Source: Bdellovibrionales bacterium (GTDB taxonomy: Bacteria; Bdellovibrionota; Bdellovibrionia; Bdellovibrionales; UBA1609). Taken from it: a stretch of DNA of 64,000 bases. Position 1 is the stretch's first letter. The number at the start of each line of letters is the position of its first letter. Of this stretch, positions 47,927 to 56,144 are shown in pieces. A program made the translations under genes and the position numbers. Location of the stretch: assembly GCA_050250515.1 (NCBI GenBank), contig JBFWON010000003.1:395-64394 (forward strand), written 5' to 3'. The notes under the pieces are model-generated. The model saw only the letters and a program-made list of their open reading frames with translations. It made no database searches and was not told the DNA's origin.

Positions 47927-48621
47927 AAACCTTCAGATTTCCCATTCTGTTGCTTGCGGCGGCCCTGCCTTTGCCGAAGGTGATGGCAGAAGCCGCTGGC
48001 GGCAGAGTAATTACATTAACGTGCATTGGAACCGGAGCATCTTCTTCAGTTGCGCGACAGAGTGCCATTAGCGATTGTAAACGGGACGCGGCCAACTTTC
48101 TTTCCAAATCGACTGAGGTCAGGTCGCTTACGGTCGAAACCGAAGAGCGAGTTTCATACCACTCGTCAGTACAGGAAGACCTGACTGTTAAAAATTTGAA
48201 TTGTGACCCTATCAATGAGGCCGTGCAAAAAATTGACGATTCATATGAAGTTAGGCTTCAGTGTCGCTTCGACCTTTCAAAGGCGGAAGTCGCTGAAACA
48301 GTGAAAGGGCCAAAGAGGCAACGGGCCAACGCGAGCTTTTTCGACTCCAGCGGGCGCAACGTTGCCACTGCCAATGCCGGTGAATTTATCCAGAGTGACA
48401 AATATCCCATTTCAATTTCTTCAATACCCATGTGTACCGAGGTTCTCATTAGGGGTGAAAAACCCCGAAGTGTCAAATGCACCGCGAATCCAACCGTATT
48501 GAATATGGAACCTACTGATGTGGAAATAATCATTCGGTCGAGCGGATTTATTCCAAGGAAGTTCAAAGTAAGCCCCATGGATAGAGAGAGGAGCTTTCAT
48601 GTCACTCTGGAGCAGAACTAG
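47923..48621 (+). CDS. Secreted hypothetical protein
   Basis: Signal peptide, 4-bp overlap with the upstream gene, GTG...ARQSA motif reminiscent of LPP20-like domains. Confidence 0.7.
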   Translation: MKTFRFPILLLAAALPLPKVMAEAAGGRVITLTCIGTGASSSVARQSAISDCKRDAANFLSKSTEVRSLTVETEERVSYHSSVQEDLTVKNLNCDPINEAVQKIDDSYEVRLQCRFDLSKAEVAETVKGPKRQRANASFFDSSGRNVATANAGEFIQSDKYPISISSIPMCTEVLIRGEKPRSVKCTANPTVLNMEPTDVEIIIRSSGFIPRKFKVSPMDRERSFHVTLEQN

Positions 48622-49624
48622 AATATTTTTGGTTTTTCCGCTATTAATCTCATGCGCGTCCACCGTGGACCGAAAACAGGCAGCGGCGCCAACCTATAGA
48701 CTTCCCACGCCAATAATAACCCTGCCGATAGCAATTCAGAGTTGGCTCAGTCAACCTTCCAACTCTGATAAGAGCGCATCGGAAATCGCCAACGGCATTA
48801 AAAGTAGAATGTGCTCGGATGGCCGAGCCAAGTGGAATCCAACCTATAGAGTTTCGGCATTTATTCCAAAACCGCCGTCTGGGACTGCGCTCGATGAAGC
48901 TACTGCACTCCGTGAGCGGTACGCCGCACGAATACGAAAATATTTAAAGTCCGACTTGCTCTTCAATATTTCCTATGACCCAAAGAAAAACATTCCCCGC
49001 CACAATCTAGGCGAGATTGATGTCGCGCACGGCTACCAAGTTTTTCCGCAATCCTTTGAGAAGATTCCTGCTTTTTTCCAGAGCCAGGAAACCACTAACC
49101 CAGACAAATATAGATTCCAAGTGACACAATATGACCCCATCCTTGTTGTCTTTCAAAGTAGTGGGAAAATGATTCTCGTTCCAAGCGACAATAGCTTTAG
49201 CAGGTACGAGAATTATAGGTCCGGATTTCTAGTGGAGGTTGTCAAAGACGCATGCGCACCCACGGGAGGAAATTGCGTTACCACCATGAACTACGTTATG
49301 GACCTACAGCTATTGCGAGACGGCTATGCGCTATTCATGTCCAAGGAAGAACAGATGGCCACATTTGAAAATCTGAAAAGCCATATGGAATTTCCCAGCA
49401 AAGACTACTTCGGCGAAACCTACAATCCGGGCGAAGCGCCAAAGTTTACCATCGGGCGTCTTCTTCAGGAGTCTGACGAATTTTGGAGAGCGTATTTTTC
49501 GTACTTTACCACGCTGAAGGAATCGCCAGGAGCCGACCCCAATTTTGTGGCCTATGACGTATCGCTGAATCTGGACACGTTCTGCAAATATGGGCGCCCC
49601 AAAGTTGACCTAGTATCGAATTAG
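48599..49624 (+). CDS. Hypothetical lipoprotein
   Basis: Lipobox LISC, 341 aa. Confidence 0.72.
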   Translation: MSLWSRTRIFLVFPLLISCASTVDRKQAAAPTYRLPTPIITLPIAIQSWLSQPSNSDKSASEIANGIKSRMCSDGRAKWNPTYRVSAFIPKPPSGTALDEATALRERYAARIRKYLKSDLLFNISYDPKKNIPRHNLGEIDVAHGYQVFPQSFEKIPAFFQSQETTNPDKYRFQVTQYDPILVVFQSSGKMILVPSDNSFSRYENYRSGFLVEVVKDACAPTGGNCVTTMNYVMDLQLLRDGYALFMSKEEQMATFENLKSHMEFPSKDYFGETYNPGEAPKFTIGRLLQESDEFWRAYFSYFTTLKESPGADPNFVAYDVSLNLDTFCKYGRPKVDLVSN

Positions 49625-49749
49625 CCAAAACCAACGCTCACTTTCACCTCCATTTCACAGCCGCCGCTCCGGACAACTTGTTCGACTTTCGGATGTCCAC
49701 GCGGCTGTAACGTGTCCCGCTTCCAGCGGAGACGTGGTACGGTGTTGGC

Positions 49750-50172
49750 ATGGACACCTTGACCAAAGCCCAGCGTAGCGAGCGAATGAAGCTTGTGAAA
49801 GCAAAGGGCACCAAACCTGAGAAGTTGGTAGCAAATATTTTGAAGTCAATGCGGGTCAAGCCCCACACTCATGACAGTTCTGTGCCGGGCAAACCGGATT
49901 TTTCTTTTTCTAAGCGGAAGAAGGCAGTTTTTGTTCATGGCTGCTTCTGGCATAGGCACGCGTCGTGTCACAACGGAAGAAGACTGCCTAAGTCTCGGCT
50001 GGATTTCTGGGAAAATAAATTGGATAAAAATAGAAGGCGTGATGCGCGAATTCTTCGTCAACTCAATCGCTTAGGTTGGAGCTATTTGGTTATTTGGGAA
50101 TGCCAACTGGCCGCTCCAGATAGATTGGAGAAACGATTGCGCAGGTTTTTGGCATTGGGGGACCGACATTGA
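49750..50172 (+). CDS. vsr: Very short patch repair endonuclease Vsr
   Basis: MD..T..QRS..M, TKPE, GKPD, FVHGCFWH and IWEC motifs. Confidence 0.96.
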   Translation: MDTLTKAQRSERMKLVKAKGTKPEKLVANILKSMRVKPHTHDSSVPGKPDFSFSKRKKAVFVHGCFWHRHASCHNGRRLPKSRLDFWENKLDKNRRRDARILRQLNRLGWSYLVIWECQLAAPDRLEKRLRRFLALGDRH

Positions 50173-51407
50173 ATTCAGTTGAGCTTTTCACGGGCGCGGG
50201 TGGTCTTGCGCTGGGGGTTTCCGCCAGCGGATTCAAGCATCTTGCTGTTGTCGAATGGGACCATGATGCTTGCAATACGGTCCGACTAAATCAAGAGCGC
50301 GGAAATACCCTCGTTGGGTCTTGGCCTCTTCATGAAATGGATGTTGCCCAGTTCAATTTTGATGGAATTGAGCAGGAAGTTGATCTGTTGGGCGGTGGTC
50401 CGCCATGTCAGCCCTTTTCACTCGGTGGAAAGCATAAAGGCCACACCGACGAACGAAATATGTTTCCGCAGGTTTTTCGTGCGGCACGTTCGCTTCGTCC
50501 TAAAGCCATTCTAATTGAAAATGTAAAAGGGCTGGCGCGTGCGTCGTTCAAAGACTACTTGGACTACATTCTTCTTCAGTTGGGTACTCCAGAAATTCAG
50601 AGAAAAAGAGACGAGGAATGGCGCGATCATGCCGCTCGTTTAGTCAAAGTGAAGTCCAACAAAGTAAAAACTGATCTTGAATACGATGTCCAAGTAAAGC
50701 TGATAAACTCCGCTGACTATGGTGTTCCTCAGCGTCGTGAGCGAGTTATCATTGTCGGATTTCGACGAGATTTGGGCGTGAAATGGACTTATCCTCCGCC
50801 CACACATTCGCATGAAGCGCTATTGTATTCACAGTGGGTCACGGGCGAGTATTGGGAGCGCCATGGAGTTCCTAAGAAGCATCGTCCGTCCGCCCCTAGC
50901 CGTTACAAAGGAAAGATTGAAAATCTAAAGACATTGCTGATGCCTCCAGCGGAGCTTCCATGGGTCACTGTCCGAGATGCGCTTACTGGAATGCCATGCC
51001 CTGAGCGGGACAAAGAAAAGAAGGAATTTGAGAACCATCATTTCAATCCCGGCGCAAGGTCGTACCCCGGTCACACAGGAAGCCCACTCGATGAGCCAGC
51101 GAAGACTCTGAAGGCGGGGGACCATGGAGTGCCAGGCGGAGAAAACATGCTTCTGCGCCCGGATGGAACCATTCGTTACTTCACGGTTCGTGAGTGTGCC
51201 CGCCTTCAAACTTTTCCAGACAATTATGTGTTCACTGGAGCTTGGTCGGAAGCCATGCGCCAGCTTGGAAACGCCGTGCCCATGAGACTTGCTGAAATAA
51301 TCGCAACTCGAATCAAGGAAGAATTAGTCGCCGCGAAGAATCGTGGCAAATCAACACGCGGAAGGAATCGCAGCTTTGAAGAACCAACCATACAATCCCC
51401 TGGATAA
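50169..51407 (+). CDS. DNA (cytosine-5)-methyltransferase of a type II RM system
   Basis: FTGAGG (motif I), GGPPCQPFS (IV), ENV (VI), PQRRER (VIII), RECARLQTFPD (IX), GNAV (X). Confidence 0.97.
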   Translation: MNSVELFTGAGGLALGVSASGFKHLAVVEWDHDACNTVRLNQERGNTLVGSWPLHEMDVAQFNFDGIEQEVDLLGGGPPCQPFSLGGKHKGHTDERNMFPQVFRAARSLRPKAILIENVKGLARASFKDYLDYILLQLGTPEIQRKRDEEWRDHAARLVKVKSNKVKTDLEYDVQVKLINSADYGVPQRRERVIIVGFRRDLGVKWTYPPPTHSHEALLYSQWVTGEYWERHGVPKKHRPSAPSRYKGKIENLKTLLMPPAELPWVTVRDALTGMPCPERDKEKKEFENHHFNPGARSYPGHTGSPLDEPAKTLKAGDHGVPGGENMLLRPDGTIRYFTVRECARLQTFPDNYVFTGAWSEAMRQLGNAVPMRLAEIIATRIKEELVAAKNRGKSTRGRNRSFEEPTIQSPG

Positions 51408-52017
51408 GCATAATCTTGGCAAAAGCATCGCGGAGTCGATGCTTGCCAGCGACGTACAACCCTTACCACCATCTAATTTTGAGGGCGCCGGAATCTACGC
51501 GATCTACTATGTCGGCGACTTCACACCCTACAAGGCACTGAAAGAAAAAAATCTGAAAGAAAATTATTCGGCCCCAATCTATGTGGGCAAAGCCGTGCCA
51601 GCGGGCGCTCGTCGTGGTGGATTGGGACTCGATGCGAAGCCAGGTAAAGTTTTGTTCAATCGGCTTGCCGACCATGCCGCCAGCATTGAGCAAGCTAAGA
51701 ATCTAAAGTTAAGGGACTTCAAATGTCGGTATCTTACAGTGGATGACATCTGGATTCCGCTTGGCGAATCCCTTCTGATCGAGATGTTTCATCCTCTCTG
51801 GAACCATAAGATTGATGGTTTTGGAAACCATGACCCTGGCGCAGGAAGACACAAGGGTAAGCGTTCGGCATGGGATGTAATTCATCCTGGAAGAAGTTGG
51901 GCCGATAGGCTTCAACCTAACCCCAAGAGTCAGGAGGCATGGTTGAAAGAAGTGAAGGAATTTATTGCCAAAGGGCGTAGGCCAGAAACGACGATTAAGA
52001 TACCCAAGGGCGTATGA
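51343..52017 (+). CDS. Eco29kI-family (GIY-YIG) restriction endonuclease
   Basis: YNPLD, GAGIYAIYY, PIYVGKA, WIPLGE and GFGNHDPG signatures. Confidence 0.93.
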   Translation: MANQHAEGIAALKNQPYNPLDKHNLGKSIAESMLASDVQPLPPSNFEGAGIYAIYYVGDFTPYKALKEKNLKENYSAPIYVGKAVPAGARRGGLGLDAKPGKVLFNRLADHAASIEQAKNLKLRDFKCRYLTVDDIWIPLGESLLIEMFHPLWNHKIDGFGNHDPGAGRHKGKRSAWDVIHPGRSWADRLQPNPKSQEAWLKEVKEFIAKGRRPETTIKIPKGV

Positions 52018-52856
52018 GGTGCATGATTATGACGACGTTGATATTGAGTATCTTTTTTGCTTCCCACTTCGCTGGCGCGCAAATAAGTCAATTGGAAAAC
52101 ATTTATCTGGGCATCAAGGCCGCAAAATTTGCCGAGGCGTCTAGGGCATTCCAAGCCAGTAAGTGTGATGAAGATGAAGTTTGTTTCGAGGGAAAAGATC
52201 AACAGGGCAAGGAATTGAAAATACTGCCTTCCGAAGTTCGACTGGACATTGCACTATTCAAATCCATTAAGTTCAACTGCGATCAGACCACGAACAAGGG
52301 GTGGGAATCGTTCCAAACCGGCTGCTACCAGGGAATTGAAGTAGCAAGACAGCAGGGGAAAATTGAGCGAATAAAGAGAATTTCCGGAGTTGATTTGTCT
52401 GCGTTTTTTTCTGCCTATGATCGGAGACATGATGAATTGAAGGCGGAGGAACAACGGAAGGGCGAGGAGCGCGACAAGATAGCACAGAAGAAAAGGGCCG
52501 CCGAAGAGGCAGAAAGAAAACAGAGGGCAGCCTCAGTTCAATTAAAAAATTCTCCAGAAGGAAAGAAGTGCCAGGCGATGTCGGAAGCCGCTTCAAGCAA
52601 AAAAATGTATTTGATGTGGGAACAGAACTTAAATTCCATTAAACGAGATGCTCAAGACGCTGGGGTTTTTACCGCAAAAATGCAGGCGGATATTGACCAG
52701 TCACTTTCTATGAGGCGCGCCTTTTTAGCTCAGAAAGAGAATGCGGAGAAAAAGATAAAGGCAATGGTTCAAGTGCAGGTGACAGCCGCGCGTTGCAAAG
52801 AAATTCTTCCGAATTTTGGGGCAAGCATGGCCGACAAATATCAGGGAGAGGAATAA
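52014..52856 (+). CDS. Secreted coiled-coil hypothetical protein
   Basis: Signal peptide; charged coiled coil; 4-bp overlap with the REase stop. Confidence 0.7.
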   Translation: MRCMIMTTLILSIFFASHFAGAQISQLENIYLGIKAAKFAEASRAFQASKCDEDEVCFEGKDQQGKELKILPSEVRLDIALFKSIKFNCDQTTNKGWESFQTGCYQGIEVARQQGKIERIKRISGVDLSAFFSAYDRRHDELKAEEQRKGEERDKIAQKKRAAEEAERKQRAASVQLKNSPEGKKCQAMSEAASSKKMYLMWEQNLNSIKRDAQDAGVFTAKMQADIDQSLSMRRAFLAQKENAEKKIKAMVQVQVTAARCKEILPNFGASMADKYQGEE

Positions 52857-53559
52857 AATCAAGGGGGGTGTCGAAGCGGACCAAAGCCCAGGAAATGTAA
52901 ACAAATCATTCTTGTATTCCGATATTTGTTTAGCCCCAAGAACATTGAATCCAAGTGGAACCTACAGAGGCCAGGCAAGCGGCGTGAAAATTAAAGCCCT
53001 ATTCAACAGCAAAGCGATCATACCCGTTTCTCTGATTGGCTACCTAATAATTGCGACAATCTTGGCTTATTCCAACAGCGGCACGATGGAGGAGTTAAAG
53101 TCGAATTTCGGTCACTATCTCCATGCTGGACTTAACGAACTTTCGATCTGGTTATTTATCCTGTCCTTGTCATGGATTCTCGATGCGAAACAGGAGATTG
53201 TACGATTTGGCAGGAAATCGAAGTGGTTTAAGATTTCGCAGTTGGTGGGCCAAATCATCCATAAGGATGCGACATTCGGAAGCGACTCAATCTATGAACT
53301 GTACACTGAATTGGTTTCCATCAATCCAAACGCGACAGTTAATCCGGGTACAAATCACAATTCCACCAATATGAACATCGCCAACATTCAGGAGCACCTA
53401 GTCCAATATCTGAGCAATGTCCTGTTCCACGCCAGCTTCTCAAAAAATTACCGAAGCAAGAAAGTGTCCTCAGAGGGAGATTTTTGGACTATGCTTCACC
53501 TCTTAAGAGCAAAGGTACAGAGTGAAGTGATCGAAGGGAGTGGCGGCGATGCCCATTAG
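52816..53559 (+). CDS. Hypothetical membrane protein (2 TM)
   Basis: Two hydrophobic helices. The true start is probably GTG 52984. Confidence 0.55.
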   Translation: MGQAWPTNIRERNKIKGGVEADQSPGNVNKSFLYSDICLAPRTLNPSGTYRGQASGVKIKALFNSKAIIPVSLIGYLIIATILAYSNSGTMEELKSNFGHYLHAGLNELSIWLFILSLSWILDAKQEIVRFGRKSKWFKISQLVGQIIHKDATFGSDSIYELYTELVSINPNATVNPGTNHNSTNMNIANIQEHLVQYLSNVLFHASFSKNYRSKKVSSEGDFWTMLHLLRAKVQSEVIEGSGGDAH

Positions 53560-53983
53560 TAAAGAGAAGTCCGCGCAAATCGTTGACCAAATTTACAAGC
53601 ACATGGACAAAATTTCCGTACATGGAGGAATCGCGCCTGAAATCGCTGGCAGGGAGACGCAGCGCTTTCCTGGGGGGCGAGATGATTCTTTATTCAGCTA
53701 TAGCTTTCATTACAAAGGGAAGCAGTTCGTAATTAAGGCCCTCCCAAAAATGTTTCGACTGATAAACGGAGCTTCCTTTGAACTCTTCCTCATTGAACAG
53801 TCTGGAGCCACTAGTCACGACGCCGAACAACTCTATCCGCCCATTCCTGAAACCGTTTGGGATGGCGCCCGCTACGACAGCCATATAGATGGAAAGCTTG
53901 AAAAGATATATGAGCATGTTCGCAAAGAGAAAGAGAACCTAGTTGACAGAAAACTTGGTGAAAATTTCTTTGATGAAGAATGA
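53540..53983 (+). CDS. Hypothetical protein
   Basis: 147-aa ORF. Likely start is ATG 53549 after GGGGAG. Confidence 0.6.
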   Translation: MAAMPISKEKSAQIVDQIYKHMDKISVHGGIAPEIAGRETQRFPGGRDDSLFSYSFHYKGKQFVIKALPKMFRLINGASFELFLIEQSGATSHDAEQLYPPIPETVWDGARYDSHIDGKLEKIYEHVRKEKENLVDRKLGENFFDEE

Positions 53984-53994
53984 CCCCAAGCTTT

Positions 53995-54513
53995 TCAGGT
54001 AGAAAAAATCATGGAAAACAAGGCCACTGTGTAGCCGACAAAAAAGAGCCAGGGCAACGACAACTCAATATGCGTTAACGGCCAATAGACTCTTCTGTCG
54101 GTTCCCGACTTCAAAAGAAGTTCCCACTCGGTTTTGCCATACGGTCGCGCCGGTAGTTTTTCTTCCAGTACGCCAATGATTTTAAATTTGGCGCCATTTA
54201 ACTGCTTGTATGAAATTATAAGTCTCCACCAGAGGAACAGTTCCAGGCAAAGAACAAAGTAGGGGAAAAACAACAGGTACGGTTGTCGAAACGAAATTCC
54301 CTTTTCAATGATGGCAGGTCCCGCTGACAAAACCGCGCCATTTATGCTCAGGAAAAAGGCGTTTGCCACGTCCCGCCTGGCGCTGATCTTGTCAGCCATT
54401 TCGACATACAGTTTGTATTGCTCCAGGATTGTTGCCTGGCAATCAGCTTTCCCCGCGAACTTCGCAAGCACCGCCTGATTCCAAAGGTGATCTGATATTT
54501 TGTCCTTGCTCAT
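53995..54513 (-). CDS. RipA-family (octameric membrane protein-like) putative pore-forming effector
   Basis: LEQYKLYVEMADKISARR..AN.FFLSIN, W..LI.SYKQLN.AKF.II..LE..LP and EW motifs; TM helices. Start refined to 54513 (ATGA overlap with the TIR stop); the track ORF starts at 54555. Confidence 0.75.
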   Translation of the reverse strand: MSKDKISDHLWNQAVLAKFAGKADCQATILEQYKLYVEMADKISARRDVANAFFLSINGAVLSAGPAIIEKGISFRQPYLLFFPYFVLCLELFLWWRLIISYKQLNGAKFKIIGVLEEKLPARPYGKTEWELLLKSGTDRRVYWPLTHIELSLPWLFFVGYTVALFSMIFST

Positions 54514-54902
54514 CGGCTGCCGTGAATTAGCAATTTCAAATTGTCCCATGTCCAATCATACATCTTGTCCGCAGCACTCGCCGTCGTCGGTTTGGTGCAG
54601 ACTTTGTCCTTGTATCCGGTCAAAAGAAAATAAGGAACGCTTTGGTCTTTGGCCGCTTGCAACTCGAACGCGACGCCCGTCGCCGTATGGGTGTTCGCTC
54701 CGCAGATCACCGCGACAACATCGGCCCGGCCAACTCTCGCTTTTACCTTAGTCTTCCAGTCACCTTGCAGTGGCTCCTTCACTGATCTGTCGATAATATC
54801 GAACGGCGAGTCGGTATGTTTCGCTTGTCCGGCGAACAGATTTCTCAACGCTTCGTCATTGTCGTAGTCAAAACTGATAAACACATTTTTCTTGCTTGCC
54901 AT
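54510..54902 (-). CDS. TIR domain protein (ThsB/MTH538-like, DUF1863)
   Basis: VFISFDYDND, DRSVKE, GVAFELQAA (putative catalytic Glu), YDWTW. Start refined to ATG 54902 (GAGGG RBS); the track ORF starts at 54968. Confidence 0.9.
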   Translation of the reverse strand: MASKKNVFISFDYDNDEALRNLFAGQAKHTDSPFDIIDRSVKEPLQGDWKTKVKARVGRADVVAVICGANTHTATGVAFELQAAKDQSVPYFLLTGYKDKVCTKPTTASAADKMYDWTWDNLKLLIHGSR

Positions 54903-54910
54903 TTTCCCTC

Positions 54911-55492
54911 CTAAATTCCGCGAGCAATGGCCTGCTCGATTGCAGATGTAATTTGGGCTGGTTCCCAACCAGCTATCGGTGCGCCAATTTCTTTCAAAAC
55001 GGGCGGCGTGCGTCCACGGGATTCCTTTAGTCGCACGCCACAGACCGGAATCCTGTGCGCGATTGCCGTTTCAACTTCCCATTCCACCCAATCTCTCCAA
55101 GCAGTTCCGTTGCCCACCATACAAATGAGCACATCCGACGCTAGAATCTTGGACTTGAGCGCCTGTCGGATATAATTGCTGCTATCGGACCTCACTGCCC
55201 GCCTAGAAAGGGAGTCGTCCACATCGAACTGAAGGTTTGGATTTGTTAGCATTAACCGGAAGCCCTGAACAAGCCGCAGGTCGTTTGAGTGAAAGCTAAT
55301 GAACGCCTTCCTGCGGCGAGGATGGTACGACAGGTGCCCGGCGTATGCCCGCCTAAGTTCGGAAAGGGACTCGTAGCCCCGGCTGGCTAATAAATTGCCC
55401 AGACGCTGATCATCCCGAACATTGAGATCAAGGCCATATGTGGCCTCGACCGTTTGAATCTTGGTGTCGCCCCGCTTAGCTCTGAACATCAA
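54911..55492 (-). CDS. TIR domain protein (ThsB-like) with an extra ~55-aa N-terminal domain
   Basis: KAFISFH, YIRQAL..KI..SDVLICMVG..T...WVEWEVE (catalytic Glu). N-terminal RGDTKIQTVE..YGLDLNVR.D..LG.LL extension. Confidence 0.9.
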   Translation of the reverse strand: MMFRAKRGDTKIQTVEATYGLDLNVRDDQRLGNLLASRGYESLSELRRAYAGHLSYHPRRRKAFISFHSNDLRLVQGFRLMLTNPNLQFDVDDSLSRRAVRSDSSNYIRQALKSKILASDVLICMVGNGTAWRDWVEWEVETAIAHRIPVCGVRLKESRGRTPPVLKEIGAPIAGWEPAQITSAIEQAIARGI

Positions 55493-55513
55493 TCCTGGAC
55501 CAGCTTCAGGCTT

Positions 55514-55717
55514 CTATTTTTTTCTGTTGTAAGGACTTTGATTTGTCGGCTTCAGGGAAATTCCCTCTTGTGAAGCGCGATTGCGAACGGCTTCAGGTGT
55601 CCGTCCCAGTTTTAGGCCGATGACCCGCGTGGGCGTGTTTTGGTTCGCCAGCTTTTGAAGCTGCGAAACCTCGCCTTGACTCCAACCCTTGCCCGAATTC
55701 CTGGTGCTCTTAGACAT
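55514..55717 (-). CDS. Small basic Myb/SANT-like HTH protein
   Basis: WSQGEVSQL..LA..NTPTRVIGLKLGRTPEAVRNRA; poly-G RBS; first gene of the TIR operon. Confidence 0.75.
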   Translation of the reverse strand: MSKSTRNSGKGWSQGEVSQLQKLANQNTPTRVIGLKLGRTPEAVRNRASQEGISLKPTNQSPYNRKK

Positions 55718-56024
55718 GAATCCCCCCCCTTATGAAATATGGACCCACAAACTATGGGATTGAGCATGGCCCCCGTCAAGGCGATGGGAAAATTTAAACA
55801 CTCATCTGTCCCGTCCCTTAAACCCACTGCGGGATTTGAGAATCGTGGCCCGATGCTGGGTTTACCCTTGAAAATGACGCGCCGTTATGAGACGATTAAG
55901 ATGTTCCTTCCATCTCCCCAAAAATAAGCCTCTACAACTCGTTTAGTTTACCGTGGCCCATAGGCATTGCTTCGCCCTGGCGTCACACGCACATCCCCAA
56001 TCGACCTTGAAATTCAGTGTCCGT

Positions 56025-56079
56025 GAGCGTCGCCTTGCCAAGGCGAAGGTCGCGGGTTTGAGCCCCGTCTCCCGCTCCA
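56025..56079 (+). pseudogene. 3' part of the host tRNA-Gly(GCC) (contains the attR core 56025-56043)
   Basis: GAGCGTCGCCTTGCCAAGGCGAAGGTCGCGGGTTTGAGCCCCGTCTCCCGCTCCA; lacks the 5' acceptor strand and most of the D-arm. Confidence 0.92.
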
Positions 56080-56093
56080 GTTAAAATTAAGAT

Positions 56094-56139
56094 TTCACGA
56101 ATTCGCGTATTCACGAATGCAAGAATTCACGAATATAAT
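56094..56139 (+). promoter_or_regulatory. Five degenerate 8-bp tandem repeats followed by a TATAAT box
   Basis: TTCACGAA TTCGCGTA TTCACGAA TGCAAGAA TTCACGAA, then TATAAT at 56134-56139, 5 bp before the GTG at 56145. Confidence 0.55.
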
Positions 56140-56144
56140 CAGCC

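Larger units (their letters stand above)
35892..56043. mobile_element. ~20-kb integrative element (defence island) inserted in tRNA-Gly(GCC)
   Basis: 19-bp direct repeat GAGCGTCGCCTTGCCAAGG at 35892-35910 and 56025-56043; tyrosine integrase near the left end; Rep-like, resolvase, RM and TIR cargo. Confidence 0.93.

Noticed and set aside
53995..55492. Calling the TIR locus canonical Thoeris (thsA/thsB)
   Set aside because: No SIR2-SLOG or TM-Macro ThsA is present, so gene symbols were withheld.
55739..55927. 62-aa plus-strand ORF upstream of the TIR operon
   Set aside because: It is short, has no motif or clear RBS, and lies in the probable promoter region of the TIR operon.
35892..56043. 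Island as a prophage
   Set aside because: No capsid, terminase, portal, tail or lysis genes were recognised.
35871..56079. Split tRNA as a trans-spliced tRNA or a giant tRNA intron
   Set aside because: The halves overlap by a duplicated 19-bp core and flank an integrase-bearing element, which is the signature of site-specific integration. I saw no splicing motifs.
56094..56134. Regularly spaced repeats as a mini CRISPR array
   Set aside because: The 8-9-bp repeats with 7-8-bp gaps are far too short, and no cas genes or CRISPR array were seen in the window.
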